DNA from: Octopus vulgaris
Lineage: Eukaryota
Direction: 5' to 3'
NCBI GenBank assembly: GCA_951406725.2
Contig: OX597829.1
Coordinates: forward strand, 16,492,001 to 16,556,000
Length of the DNA stretch: 64,000 nucleotides
Below, piece after piece: positions 1-12,554 of the stretch. Position numbers and translations under genes: made by a program. How positions within the stretch are numbered: the first letter of the stretch is position 1; each line of letters opens with the position of its first letter. The notes beneath the pieces were generated by a model. The model saw nothing but the letters and a program-made list of their open reading frames with translations. It did not search any database and had not been told where the DNA came from.

Positions 1-134
1 CCACTCCTGCACCTATACATATATATATATAATATATATGTATAGGTGTATAATATTATATAATAATATTTATTCTCAGGTTTGTTTATGAAAAATATTA
101 TGTATATATGTGTATATATATATATATACACAAC

Positions 135-1105
135 TTTGATAATTTTGATAGGTTTCAGCCAGTATAGGCCCAGGCCATGTCTAACTTAATAGCACCACCT
201 GCTGGAGTCTTTCAGTCATATATGGGGCACCATTGTTGGAGACATATCCGGGTGTAGGAAGTTGGTCCAGGATTTTTTGAAGAAATTTGTCCAGTGAACA
301 TTTGAATTTTATGGGACCTGTTTCCATTTTGACGTATTTTGGTATGGTATTAAAGAGAGCTAGATCGGTTGAGGTAAAGTAATTGTGATGTAATGTTGCT
401 ATGTGTACCGAGTTTGATTTTTCTAGTGAGCGGAGAGCATAGAGGCCAAGTCTTAGATGGATTTTAAAATTGATGCCAACATCATTTGTGCAATATCGAT
501 GGAATATTTTTCACATAATGATGTAGCACTCCCAGCGGCGTTGGAGAGAGTAGTGATTGAGTTTTTTTAGTCGACCCCTATAGTCAGTGCCTCTTATGCC
601 ATGTGTCTTTCTTGTTATTGGCCCCTGGAATGCTTTTACTTTCATAATGAGTTGCTTCATATGGGGGGATCACAATGGGCAACAGTACGCAAGGTGGGGT
701 CGGGCAAAAGTAGAGAAGGATGATGGTGTAGGCATCTCTAGACCGGAAAGTTCTAAGAATCCAGGTGCACATCTTGCGGGACAAGTCAACCTTGCTGTTT
801 ACGTGGGAACTCCAGCTTAGATTGTTATCAACAATTACTCCAAGGTCTCTGATGTTGCTGGGTGAGACTAGGGAGTCGCCCAAGGGAAGAGCATATGGTA
901 ATTTGAGAGTTTCCTCTTTCCTGAAGTGGATCAAATCAAACTTATCCTTATTTAAAAGCATATTGGTTTTTTTTCTGCCCATTGGACAACAGCAAACAGA
1001 TCTGACTGAAGGCATGTTCGGTCTCCCATGCCGTTTATGGCTTTCTGGAGTTTGCAATCATGTGCAAAGATTTTCAATGTGGAATGTTTGATGACATCTA
1101 TTATG
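135..1105 (-). mobile_element. 5'-truncated, degenerate CR1-group (CR1/L2/Crack-like) LINE: RT C-terminus and 3' end
   Basis: Minus-strand peptides FAHDCKLQKAI (YADD-like), RDLGVIVDNNLSWSSHV and WILRTFRSRD, with frameshifts. The same family's 3' end recurs at ~44625-44890 (+). Confidence 0.85.
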
Positions 1106-1204
1106 TCATTGTGTGTGTGTGTGTGTGTGTGTGTGCATGCACGCACATGTTGTCTAAATGTATATATGTATATGTATATGCATATATATATATATGTATG
1201 CATG

Positions 1205-1261
<57 letters not shown>

Positions 1262-1404
1262 TTCGGACCCCTCTTCAATACGCTATTTCACCATGCATTA
1301 CCCCTCTCTTGATTCCTACGTTCTACTTGCCTAGAACCTGTCATTATTTCTCTGAACCACCCCTCCCCACTGGTGCTCCCCTATATTTCTGCACCCCCCC
1401 CCCC

Positions 1405-1654
1405 ACATAAAAAGCACCATCCGAACGTGGCCGATGCCAGACCCCTCTGGCACCTGTGCAGGTGGCACGTAAAAAACACCCACTACACTCGCGGAGTGGT
1501 TGGCGTTAGGAAGGGCATCAAGCTGTAGAAACACTGCCAGACTAGACTGGAGCCTGGGGCAGTCCCTAGCTCCCCAGACCCCGGTCGAAACCGTCCAACC
1601 CGTGCTAGCGCGGAAAACGGACGTTAAACGATGATGATGATGATGATGATGATG
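1405..1654 (+). mobile_element. Short 3'-terminal fragment of the abundant RTE LINE 3' UTR with (GAT)n tail
   Basis: GGCGTTAGGAAGGGCATC...CGGACGTTAAACGATGATG. Similar copies at ~28245-28592, 42830-43033, 51265-51460, 52615-52905(-), 59808-60062(-), 61212-61380 and 61982-62168(-). Confidence 0.8.
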
Positions 1655-1664
1655 TATATATATG

Positions 1665-2399
1665 TATGACTAGCGACCGAGACTTTTAGAAATATGCTGT
1701 GCTTGAGAAGACCTGGGAAGCCAAATGAGACCATAACCTCATGGCCTATGCCAGAGGTGTAACCAGCCCACTTATGTATACCTTTTGCTTCTTTGGTCAC
1801 TAAACTCTGCTTGCGGAGACCTGTTGAGGCAAGTGAAATCAAAATCAAAATCAAATTCGACAACTGGCATCCATGCTAGCGGTGTGCAAAGAGCACCATA
1901 TGAGGGTGATCATTGACAGAGTGGCTAACCGACTTCTGTGCCAGTGACACATAAAAGGGCACCATTTGAGTGTGATCGTTACCAGCGTTGCCTTACTGGC
2001 ACTTGTGCCCGTGCTAATAGGGTGCCAAGAGCACCATCTGAGCGTGATCGTTGCCAGAGCAGCCAACTGGCTTTGTGACGGTGGCACATAAAAGGGCACC
2101 ATTCAAGTGTGATCGTTACCAACGTCGCCTTACTGGCACCTGTGCCGGCGGCACGTGTAAAAAGATTCGGGCGAGGTCATTCCCAGTACTGCCTGACTGG
2201 CCCCGTGCTGGTGGCACGTAAAAAGCACCCACTACACTCTCGGAGTGGTTGGTGTTAGGAAGGGCATCCAGCTGTAGAAACTCCTCTGCCAGATCAAGAT
2301 TGGAACCTGGTGCAGCCGTCTGGTTCGCCAGCCCTCAGTCAAAATCGTCCAACCCATGCTAGCATGGAAAGCAGACGTTAAACGATGATGATGATGATG
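1665..2399 (+). mobile_element. RTE LINE 3' end: ORF C-terminal remnant, modular 3' UTR and (GAT)n tail
   Basis: Starts with TSDRDF*KYAVLEKT (RTE ORF end), followed by ~65-bp modules with a GTGCCRGTGGCAC core. Long copies also at 22150-22460(-), 25817-26535(-), 37430-37953(+), 50835-51238(+) and 53200-53790(-). Confidence 0.75.
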
Positions 2400-2891
2400 T
2401 ATGCATGTATGTATGTATATATATCACCATCATCATCATCATCATCTATATATATATATATATTCACATACGGTATTAAGAACAGCTCTATGATGTAAAC
2501 CTAAGCAATATCACATACCTAATGTATGTGTGTTATTAAACACAACAAAGCTGCAGTTCACTGCCTCGGGAAAATCTCTTTAAGATGTTGATTGATAAAA
2601 AAAATACATAGTAAATTTCAAAGCCGGGTGGACTGAATCATGCCAGAAGTAAACAAGAACACCAGATACCAATAGTTCATTATTTATTTCTACTCATCAA
2701 TGTTGTATATAGATCAAATTAGCAATTCAAATTCAATTCAAAGTGGATCAAGTATAAGATACAGATGAGCTGATATATCTGTGAAACATTGATATATTTG
2801 TCATTCTTGTTCACCTCTGAGACAATTTGTTTTTCAACTGGCTTTGAAATTCACTGTGTTTTTTTTAACTCTTTACAAGTTTGTAGCCAAC

Positions 2892-3276
2892 TGTAGTTAA
2901 ATCCATGCCCGACCGTGGGTCATCTGGAGTTATCTCCCCAGGTCACATCGTTAACAATGAGGTGGCGCTCGTGAAAAGGGGATAAAAAGACAACCAGGGA
3001 GGGGAGCAGCCTTTTTTGCTGCTAACTGCTTTGTCTCACTCTCTGCAACTAGACTACCCGCTCCGATTTGAATCGAGTGGAATCCTCTTTACCAGTCATG
3101 GAAGGTGGCAAGACGAAAACCCTTTTTTGTTCAACTTCATTCTGTTCTGTAAAATGTTAAATGTTCAAGCTACGTACGAATGCTCTCCTCCCAGATCGGA
3201 ATAAACATACCATGTTCACGAAGGCCTCAAAAACTCACACGAATTGTGGTTGTCTTTCATTGGTTTAACTCCTACA
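2892..3276 (+). mobile_element. Possible solo LTR
   Basis: TGTAGTTAAA...TTTAACTCCTACA termini (TG..CA with short inverted ends), GATAAAAAG TATA-like motif and AATAAA near the 3' end. No clean TSD. Confidence 0.35.
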
Positions 3277-3575
3277 GCTATCGAAGGATTACCAGATATT
3301 TTATCAAATTAGTGGGCTTTAAGCTCACTAAAAGTTGTTTGGGTTAAATTTGACACTTTGCATAAAAGGAAAAGAAAACAATATCCCATCCAAAAATAAA
3401 AGTATCGTAAAAAATCAAAAAATACCAACTAGATTATGGTTGGGAAATAACAGTTTACTCAGAGTAGCTGCCCTCAGTTTCCACCACAGCCTCAAGATGG
3501 CTCTGGAACCTGGTGCATGCATTCCTCACTGTGTCACTGAGAAGATCTTTGAACACCTCTATGATCTTGGCCACC

Positions 3576-4375
3576 AGCCCAGCCCAGCCCATCCCAGCCC
3601 ATCCCAGCCCAGCCCAGCTCAGCCCAGCTCAGCCCAGCTCAGCTCAGCTCAGCCCAGCCCAGCCCAGCCCAGCCCAGCCCAGCCCAGCCCAGCTCAGCCC
3701 AGCTCAGCTCAGCTCAGCCCAGCTCAGCCCAGCTCAGCTCAGCCCAGCTCAGCCCAGCCCAGCTCAGCCCAGCCCAGCCCAGCTCAGCTCAGCTCAGCCC
3801 AGCTCAGCTCAGCCCAGCCCAGCTCAGCCCAGCCCAGCCCAGCCCAGCCCAGCTCAGCTCAGCTCAGCTCAGCCCAGCCCAGCCCAGCCCAGCCCAGCCC
3901 AGCTCAGCCCAGCTCAGCTCAGCCCAGCCCAGCTCAGCCCAGCCCAGCTCAGCCCAGCTCAGCTCAGCCCAGCCCAGCTCAGCCCAGCCCAGCCCAGCTC
4001 AGCCCAGCTCAGCTCAGCCCAGCTCAGCTCAGCCCAGCCCAGCTCAGGCCAGCCCAGCCCAGCTCAGCTCAGCTCAGCCCAGCCCAGCCCAGCCCAGCCC
4101 AGCCCAGCTCAGCCCAGCCCAGCTCAGCTCAGCCCAGCCCAGCCCAGCCCAGCCCAGCTCAGCCCAGCTCAGCCCAGCCCAGCTCAGCCCAGCCCAGCTC
4201 AGCCCAGCCCAGCCCAGCCCAGCCCAGCCCAGCCCAGCACAGCCCAGCTCAGCCCAGCTCAGCTCAGCCCAGCCCAGCCCAGCCCAGCCCAGCCCAGCCC
4301 AGCCCAGCTCAGCTCAGCCCAGCTCAGCCCAGCCCAGCTCAGCTCAGCCCAGCCCAGCCCAGCCCAGCCTAGCCC
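3576..4375 (+). repeat. (AGCCC/AGCTC)n pentanucleotide array, 160 units
   Basis: The 5-bp register is unbroken for 800 bp. The array explains ORFs 3335..4372 and 3513..4436. Confidence 0.98.
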
Positions 4376-4693
4376 GGCCATAGTGTTGCAGGCAGAACAG
4401 TTGGTATCTTTCCCAGCTGCCACTCACACATTGTAATTAATAGGATTAAAATTTGGGGAATTAGGAGACCAGAAATTGGGGCAGGTGAAGTCATAGAAAT
4501 TCTCCTAAAACCACTTCTGACACTTTCTGGAGGGATGGCAAAGAGTCCAATCCTGCTGCCATACATATGGCTTTCAAGCAGCAACCTTTTCCAGCTAGGG
4601 TTTGATTTTAGTCTCCAACAGTTTCATATAACTGTCTGAATTGAGACTAAGTCTCTGTTCTTCAGCTGTTGCTTGAATTCAAGCATATGGATG

Positions 4694-4995
4694 TTTGTTC
4701 CTTCTTGAGCCATGCCTGGCTCATAAGGGCCGGTTTCCCGGTTTCCTTGGTGTATAGGTTCCCCACCTGGATGGGACGCCAGCCCGTTGCAGGTGAGCTG
4801 CAAGATGCAAGAGGAAAGAGTGAGAGAAAGTTATGGTGAAAGTGTCAGCAGAAGTTCGCCATTAACTTCTGCCGGAGCCACATGCAGCTTAGGTGTTTCG
4901 TTCATAAACACACACATTGCACGGTCTGAGGTTCGAACCCGCGATCCCTCGACTGCGAGTCTGCTGCTCTAACCACTAGGCCATGTGCATCCACG
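4694..4995 (-). mobile_element. tRNA-derived SINE, family C1 (OR-like), with 12-bp TSD
   Basis: Box A TGGCCTAGTGG and box B GGTTCGAAC. TSD AGCATATGGATG at 4682-4693 and 4996-5007. Confidence 0.9.
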
Positions 4996-5127
4996 AGCAT
5001 ATGGATGCAATCATAATGACTGCTGTATCCCTTTTTGCTGGTCATAGCTTCATAGTCTCCATTGCGCTGTCCACATAGTATATTCATAGTATATTCATAG
5101 TCCACATAGTATATTCATTCTTTACAG

Positions 5128-5424
5128 CAGTGGTTCCCAAAGTGGATGGTACTGCCCCCTGGTTGGTGGGGGGGAGATCTGAGAGGGGACATTGGAGAAA
5201 AGCTGAGTGATAATGGGGTGGCCAAAAAAGGGTGCTGAATGTAAAAAAAAAAACCCCAAAATAATGGGTTAATTAGGTTGAGATTTATTTGTGAGATACA
5301 GTTGTTTTGAATTTGCTGTAAAAAGTAGTCTACGTTTGTGGTGGTGAGGTAGTTGGGAGGGATCGTTAGGAACGTAGCCTGGTTGCCAAGAGGTCAGTGG
5401 CCCCAATAAGTTTGGGAAATACTG
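5128..5424. mobile_element. hAT (Charlie-like) MITE
   Basis: TIRs CAGTGGTTCCCAAA / TTTGGGAAATACTG, with perfect 8-bp TSD CTTTACAG at 5120-5127 and 5425-5432. Confidence 0.9.
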
Positions 5425-5619
5425 CTTTACAGTGTTCATAAAACATTGAGCAGTAGTCATAAAGTCGGCATTTTGAAATCTAGCATGAATCATCATGATA
5501 CAGGTAACTCGTTTCCAATATTCAAACAGCTTCCAGCCCTCCATGTCAACTAAATTTTTTTCTCAACAACAGCATTCATCTTTATGCTCTCCAACACTCT
5601 CTTTACTCTTTCTCTCTCT

Positions 5620-6011
5620 CTTTTACTCTTTTACTTGTTTCAGTCATTTGACTGCAGCCATGTTGGAGCACCACCTTTAGTTGAGTAAATCGATGACCAG
5701 GACTTATTCTTTGTAAGCCTTAGTACTGATTCTATCGGTCTGTTTTGCTGAACCGCTAAGTTACGGAGACGTAAACACATCAGCATCGGTTGTCAAGCAA
5801 TGTTGGGGTGGGAACAAACACAGACACACAAACACACACACACATATATATACACATATACACACGATGGGCTTCTTTCAGTTTCCATCTACCGAATCCA
5901 CTCACAAGGCTTTGGTCGGCCCGAGGCTATGGCATAAGACACTTGCCCAAGGTGCCACGCAGTGGAACTGAACCCAGAACCATTTGGCTGGTAAGCAAGC
6001 TACTTACCACT
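5620..6011 (-). mobile_element. Abundant tRNA-derived SINE family A
   Basis: Head GTGGTAAG..GGTTCAGT, internal CA/TA tract, tail TGACTGAAACAAGTAAAAGAG. More than 12 full or partial copies, e.g. 9985-10143, 17427-17585, 24105-24492, 35858-36338 and 53045-54010. Confidence 0.85.
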
Positions 6012-6191
6012 GACTGTTTACCAATATATCGAGTTGTTCCTGATAAAAAGGGACCCATAAAAATCACAGAATTTAGCCTGAACATCTTGTGTCTTTAAAG
6101 GGACGTACATATTGAATGAAATACTCAATTATGGTTGGGAAAATAACAGTTTACTCAGAGTAAACTGTTTACTTGACATTATACATTATAT

Positions 6192-6470
6192 ATTTCTTTA
6201 CTACCCACAAGGGGCTAAACACAGAGGGGACAAACAAGGACAGACAAACAGGTTAAGTCGATTATATCAACCCCAGTGATTAACTGGTACTTTATTTATC
6301 AACCCCAATTAACTGGTACTTAATTTATCAACCCGAAAGGATGAAAGGCAAGTCAACCTCAGCGGAATTTGAACTCGGAACGTAAAGACAGATGAAATAC
6401 CTGTTTCTTTACTACCCACAAGGGGCTAAACACAGAAGGGACGTGCTAACGTTTCTGCCAGCTCGCCACC
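6192..6470 (-). mobile_element. SINE family B (OK-like, Nin/Deu-type core), nested partial copies
   Basis: Core GCCTTTCATCCTTTCGGGGTCGATAAATTAAGTACCAG and tail GCCCCTTGTGGGTAGTAAAGAAA. Confidence 0.8.
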
Positions 6471-6700
6471 TACATTATACATTATACATATATTAAATAT
6501 GTGACATTGATAATACACTCACACACACACACACACACACATACACACATGATGGACTTCTTTTAGTTTCCATCTATCAAATCCACTCACAAGGCTTTCG
6601 TCAACACAGAGCAAAAGTAGAAAACACTTGCCCAAGGTGCCACACAATGAGACTGAACCTGGAACCATGTGGTTGGGAAGCAAGCTTCTTACCACATGCT

Positions 6701-6733
<33 letters not shown>

Positions 6734-7289
6734 TAAAATAAAGCTTTTGTTACATTGCTAACACAATGCTTATTGTTATTTTGTTTGGTTTTACTTTCTT
6801 TCCTTCTTCATTTTATTTCTGTTACTGTTTCCTTCTTTTACGCTTTCTTTGTTACTTCATCCCTCTTCGACATATATTCTTCATGGCAAATCACTGAAAA
6901 CTGGGTCTTTTGTATTCCCTTGTGACACATTCCTTGCAACAAAACCTAATAGTCTCACCTTCAAAGTCTTTATTTAATTCTGGTTAGATTTCATCTAAAA
7001 TTACTTTTAATTCTTAGTATTGTCATCTTGCTGAATACTGTGTGTTTAGGATTTCCCTGTGGCTTATTCGTGACAATAATGTTTGTTATTCTCACCTTCA
7101 GAGCTTTCCTTTAACTCTAATTGGTTCTCGTCTAACATTACCAATTAATTCTTATTATTATTGTCACATTGCTGAATACTATGTTTTTGGATTCTCTTGT
7201 ATTATATTCCTAACAATAACATCTATTAATTCTTCAATAAGAACTTATTTTAATTTTTTTAGGTTTAGCATTACTATTGTCTATTATTA

Positions 7290-7345
<56 letters not shown>

Positions 7346-7371
7346 GCTGTTATCGTTGTTGTTGTTATTAT

Positions 7372-7945
7372 GGCAGCAGCGAGATGGCAGAATCATTAGC
7401 ACATCAGGCGAAATGCTTAGCAACATTTTGTCTGTTGCTATGTTTCAGTTCAAATTCCACCAAGGTTGACTTTACCTTTTATCCTTTTAGGGTCGGTAAA
7501 TTAAGTACCTGTTGACTACTGGGGTCAATGTAATTGACTATCCTGCTCCTCAAAATTTCAGGCCTTGAGCCTATAGTAGAAAGGATTATTATTATTATTG
7601 TTGTTGTTATCTTTGTAGTGGCAGCGAGGGGCTAAACACAGGGCTAAACATAGAGGGGACAAACAAGGACAGACAAACAGATTAAGTCGATTACATTGAC
7701 CCCAGTGCGTAACTGGTACTTAATTTATCGACCCCCAAAAGGATGAAAGGCAAAGTCGACCTTGGTGGAATTTGAACTCAGAACGTAATGGCAGACGAAA
7801 TACGGCAACGCATTTCGCCCGGCATGCTAACAGTTCTGCCAGCTCTCCACCTTGAAGAATCATTAAGTACCAGTTGAGTACTGGGGTTGATGTTATCGAC
7901 TATCTCCCTCCCCATAATTTCAGGCTTTGTACCAATAGTAGAAAG
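7372..7945. mobile_element. Cluster of family B SINE copies in opposite orientations
   Basis: Plus copy ~7372-7585, minus copy ~7628-7851, and a further tail fragment ~7863-7945. Confidence 0.75.
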
Positions 7946-7949
7946 AATT

Positions 7950-8024
<75 letters not shown>

Positions 8025-8330
8025 GTTATTATTATTATTATCAAAGGTTAGTAGAGTTAGAGGTTGGAATAACCATCTAAAGGATAAAAGTATCCATTAC
8101 ACTATCGGTATAATTACCTATGTTTAACCCTGGACATACATATGCAAGCATATTATGCTCGTAGATTACAGGTAATGACAAAGATAAACATGAGTTTATC
8201 ACCAATATAACATTGGAAGCAGAAACAGCCGTTAGAAGGGATACAATCTACTTTTATTTAATTAAAAAATAATAATTGATATAAGTCGATTGTTGTTGAT
8301 CAATATTTCTCCATCTCCTGGGTAATTTGA

Positions 8331-8442
<112 letters not shown>

Positions 8443-9990
8443 GCCTTTGCACTGCTACTAACGCTGGAGATGCACTATGGTGTCAGCTGCTCACTACCAG
8501 TTAACTAAGGTAACCCTTTTATTTTTCGAGCACCATCCGGAGTATTTGAGCAGTTCCAAGCATTGCTGTTTTCTGCAAGTGCTCCACCCTTATTGCAGCC
8601 CCTATTTGTTCCATGTGCTTCTCAAGATTTTTGCTCACTGTTCCCAGGGCTCCAACAACTATTGGTACAACTGCTACCTTTTTCATTGACCACAACTGCT
8701 TAACTTTCCAAGCAAACCTGTCATATCTCTCAACTTTTCTTTCTTCCTTATCGCATACCTTGTTGTCAGCTGGGCATGCTATATCTATGATCCAGCATAG
8801 TTTTCTTTCTCAACTAAGACTATGTCTGGCTTCCTATTCTCTATCTCATAGTCACACTGAATCATAAAATCCCATAGGATGATGCCTTCAGGTTTGTGGT
8901 CATACCAATTTTTTTCTCTGTCAATTCCAATCTTGTTACAAAGCATTCAGTGGACAAGCCTGACTATATTGTCGTAATGTCTCTTATATTCTTTCTGGGC
9001 TAGTGATGTACATTGGCTGGTAATATACCATACAGTTTCTGATGTTTTGTCTATTCTATACTTTATGTAGTTTCTTCTTAGTGCTTGCTCTTCAGCAGCA
9101 CAGACTAGGTCATCCGTTTCCGGTTTTAAATCGCTGTTAGTCATCCACAGCCATCTTTTTTCTCTGCCTGTCTTATCTTTGACATCCCTATGAAATTGAC
9201 CATGCATTCTTTTCTTTACCCACCTATTTTCAGTTTTATTGGTATTCAATTTCTTGCATAGTGCTTTATCTTTGCAATCTTTCATCCTGCACAGGCCTGA
9301 CTTTCTTAATTGTAATAATAGTGGTTCTGTGACATTTTTTACATACCATGCTATGTTGTTTTCTTCTGCTAAAATGCTGTGTTTGCATCCGATAAGTCCT
9401 CTTCCTCCTCTTTTCTTGGTACATACAGTCTGTCTGTGTCATTTTTTGGGTGGAGTGTCCCATATATAGTTAGCAGCTTCTTTGTCTTTCTGTTGAAGCT
9501 GTCTAGTTCATCTACTGTCCATGCGATTACCCCCTGCTCCATATCTAAGGAGTGAAACCACCCAGGTGTTGATAGCTTCAATCTTATTCCATCTGCTTAA
9601 TTTCGACTTAAGGATCAGTCTCAGTCTGCATAAGTACTCCACCTTAAATTTTTTCTTGTCATTTCTTTCTCCATCAATTTATCCATTTCCAAGATCCCCA
9701 AGTACTTATAGCCCGTCTCTTCTATCTGCTGCATAACCTCCCCCAACAGTATTGTTAGCTCATCCATATATTCGATTTTGCCTCTCTTCAAGACTAATAC
9801 ACCACTCTTTCTCAGTCCAAACTCCATTCTGATATTAGCACTAAAAGTATACATCGTATCATTGAGGGAACTGACTTGGGCTTCATCTTTATTATAAAGT
9901 TTGAGGTCATCCTTGAATAACAAATGGTTGACTTTTTGTAGGCGGCTTTTGAATACATACCCAGCTTTTGCTTTCCTTAGAATCAGTTTC
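8443..9990 (-). mobile_element. 5'-truncated R4/Dong-clade non-LTR retrotransposon (RT C-half, CCHC remnant, restriction-like endonuclease)
   Basis: HLLFKDDLKLY, YKYLGILE, LHPKNDTDRLYVPRK, DLKPET..CAAEEQAL, LAQKEYKRHYDNI and IIDIACPAD..K..RY. The 3' end abuts (TAA)n at 8335-8442. Confidence 0.85.
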
Positions 9991-10699
9991 TTTCAGTTTC
10001 TGTCAACAAAATCCACTGACAAGGCTTTGGTTGGTCTGAGGCTATAGCAGAAGACACATGCCAAGTTACCACACAGTGGGACTGAACTCAGGACCATGTG
10101 TTTTGGAACCAAGTTTTTTACCACACAGCCACACCTGCACCTATGTATGTGTATGTGTGTAGGGGGGCTAGGTATGTATGGGTGTATATATGTATGCATG
10201 AATATATGTGTATATATATGTGTACATATCACATGTACATGTATATATACATCTACACATACATGTATACATATACATCTATATCTATAGAAATACATCT
10301 ATACATATACATATATACATATACATCTATATATATGCACATCTATATCTATACCTCTATATCTATACATCTATATATATAGATTTAAAATAATATGGGT
10401 GAAAAATTGAATATTAATTTGATTAGTATGAATTTAGAACCAGTGGTGTAGCATATAAGACCATAGCAGATCTTCTTTTAGCAGAATGGATGTCCAGTTA
10501 CAGTTCATCCCTGTTATATAATAGTTTCATTTTAATAGTTTTAGTATTAAAGTGAAAGTATCTGACATTACAACAGAGAGATGTATTTCTTTCACTTTTG
10601 ACAGGTAATACTGAAATAGTATAGAAGATATGATATTGCTGTGGGCTCACCCTAGGCAAGAAGGTAAAATTTTTTTTTTGCCCATGAGACTCCATGGAC

Positions 10700-10810
10700 C
10701 CTAAGGCATGTATAAAATTTGAATGAAATTGGTTGTGTAGTTCTCAAGTTTTAGGGATTCACACAGATAGACAGACAGACACACACACATTCTCAGTTTT
10801 ATATATAGAG

Positions 10811-10811
<1 letters not shown>
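10700..10811. mobile_element. Helentron/HINE-like non-autonomous end
   Basis: ...AAATTGGTTGTGTAG..(GACA)n..TTTTATATATAGA terminus. A similar end lies at 15300-15432. Confidence 0.45.
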
Positions 10812-10882
<71 letters not shown>

Positions 10883-11444
10883 GAATGAGAGAGAAGAGCA
10901 TACCATCAAAGTGACACTAAGGTAAATTATATGAAGCCCAGAATACCCATCATGACTACCCGTCTGATAAGGGTACACAAGGCACATGCATCACAACCAC
11001 ATGTGTGCAACATGGTGATCTCATATCAAGATAAACAGTGCATGACATTGCAGGTGGGGCCCCAGATAGAATTTCCTTCTGAGCAAGTAACCCATCCCGT
11101 TGAAAAGGTCCCTGAATAATGGTTGTTTAAGGATGTTGAACGAAATATTATTATTAATATTAATGATGTGCACAAATGTTTTACATTCAGCACCAATATC
11201 CTTGATACAGGGTCACAACCACTGCCAGGATATAGATAGCTAAATCCTCTCAAACTAACTCTCCTTGTCAAGTCTGTAAATCAATAATCATCTTAGTCTA
11301 CATAGCACCCTTTCCCAAATTAAAGAATTAAATGAAAAATCAAAGAAATGTATACTTTTCTCAACAAGACATATTATGCAAAAGAAGAACGCATATCACA
11401 ATGTAAGGTATTCAAAATCAAAGAAAATGAGCATTTGTTATAAT

Positions 11445-11650
11445 TGTGAGTCAAAACTATTGAAAAGGTTGCAAGACGCAACGAAAATTTTAGGAAAATA
11501 AAAATAAGAAAAAAGTGGAAATTTTACCGGTGAGAGTGTTATATTATAAGGCACAAAAAGAAAATGACTCTCCCCAGATACAACAGAAATGCTTCAACAC
11601 ACGAATCATATAAAGAATCTTGCAAACCAAATCCAAAAGCGAATTATAAT
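11445..11650 (+). mobile_element. Penelope-like terminal-repeat fragment with minimal hammerhead-like motif (U3-A8 variant)
   Basis: CTA-TTGAAAA-G-GTTGC-AAGAC-GCAAC-GAAA-ATTT-TAG at 11457-11493. The same repeat occurs as an inverted pair at 57730-58062. Confidence 0.5.
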
Positions 11651-12133
11651 TGTGAGTTTCTTTAAAAAGATTGAAAAGGCTGGAATGCAAGTTCATGAAG
11701 TCTTTAACAGTAAATACACGTACCTATGCAAAAATTAAAGAACACACAGAAAAGACATGGACGCTCGATAGAGTACTTGATGCATAAACAATGGGTGAAA
11801 ACACATGATTAGGATAACAACGATCATGAGATGAAACCAAAACAGCTATCGTGCTAATTTGATTGCTTGAAGTGTTAAATTGGTTGTTCTGAAACGAATT
11901 TGAATGCCCAAAAAGTCGCTTCCTCACATTCCAACTAATCTGAATGCTTTCAAACAGGCATTTTAATTTGAATGATGGGAATGCTAAATTCTTTGACCAA
12001 AGTGTGAAATTGAATGATCGGAAAACAAATTTGAATGACCATCTTCATGGTGCCAATATTTTTCATGATCTTTGAATGACCTGATTATCAAATTGAATGA
12101 CAAACATACTAAAATGGCTGCAAAAACCCATTA

Positions 12134-12188
<55 letters not shown>

Positions 12189-12515
12189 TATTATTATTAT
12201 GAATGCAGTGAGAAGGCAAACTTGCCAGCATGTTGGAAAATTGCTTAGTGGCTTTTCATCCATCTTTGTAACCTGAGCTCAAATTCCAACAAAGTTGATT
12301 TTAATTATGTAACGATGTCACATTTTCTATACCAGTGTGTACCGTAAAAGACATCCATTTCTCTATATGTTATGAGGAAATACAATCACTCACTCACATG
12401 CACACGCAAACATACATACATACATACAAACATACATACAAACATACATACAAAAAAAGGTGTGTGCAAAGTGGAAAACAGGACAAGTGTATATGAAAGA
12501 TAATGTGTGTGTGTG

Positions 12516-12554
<39 letters not shown>

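Larger units (their letters stand above)
3424..5560 (-). pseudogene. Decayed maT (DD37D Tc1/mariner) transposase with three nested insertions
   Basis: Minus peptides YVWQQDW..., WSPNSPNFNPINY, ACTRFQSHLEAVVETEG and N-terminal NGDYEAMTSKK. Homologous to 31776-32380 and 25060-25480. Confidence 0.75.

Noticed and set aside
1855-2225. Palindromic modules as CRISPR repeats with spacers
   Set aside because: The intervening sequences are homologous to each other, and the block is a LINE 3' UTR.
3335-4436. 345-aa and 307-aa SPAQP-repeat ORFs
   Set aside because: Stop-free by-product of the pentamer array, open in more than one frame, with antisense transposase on both flanks.
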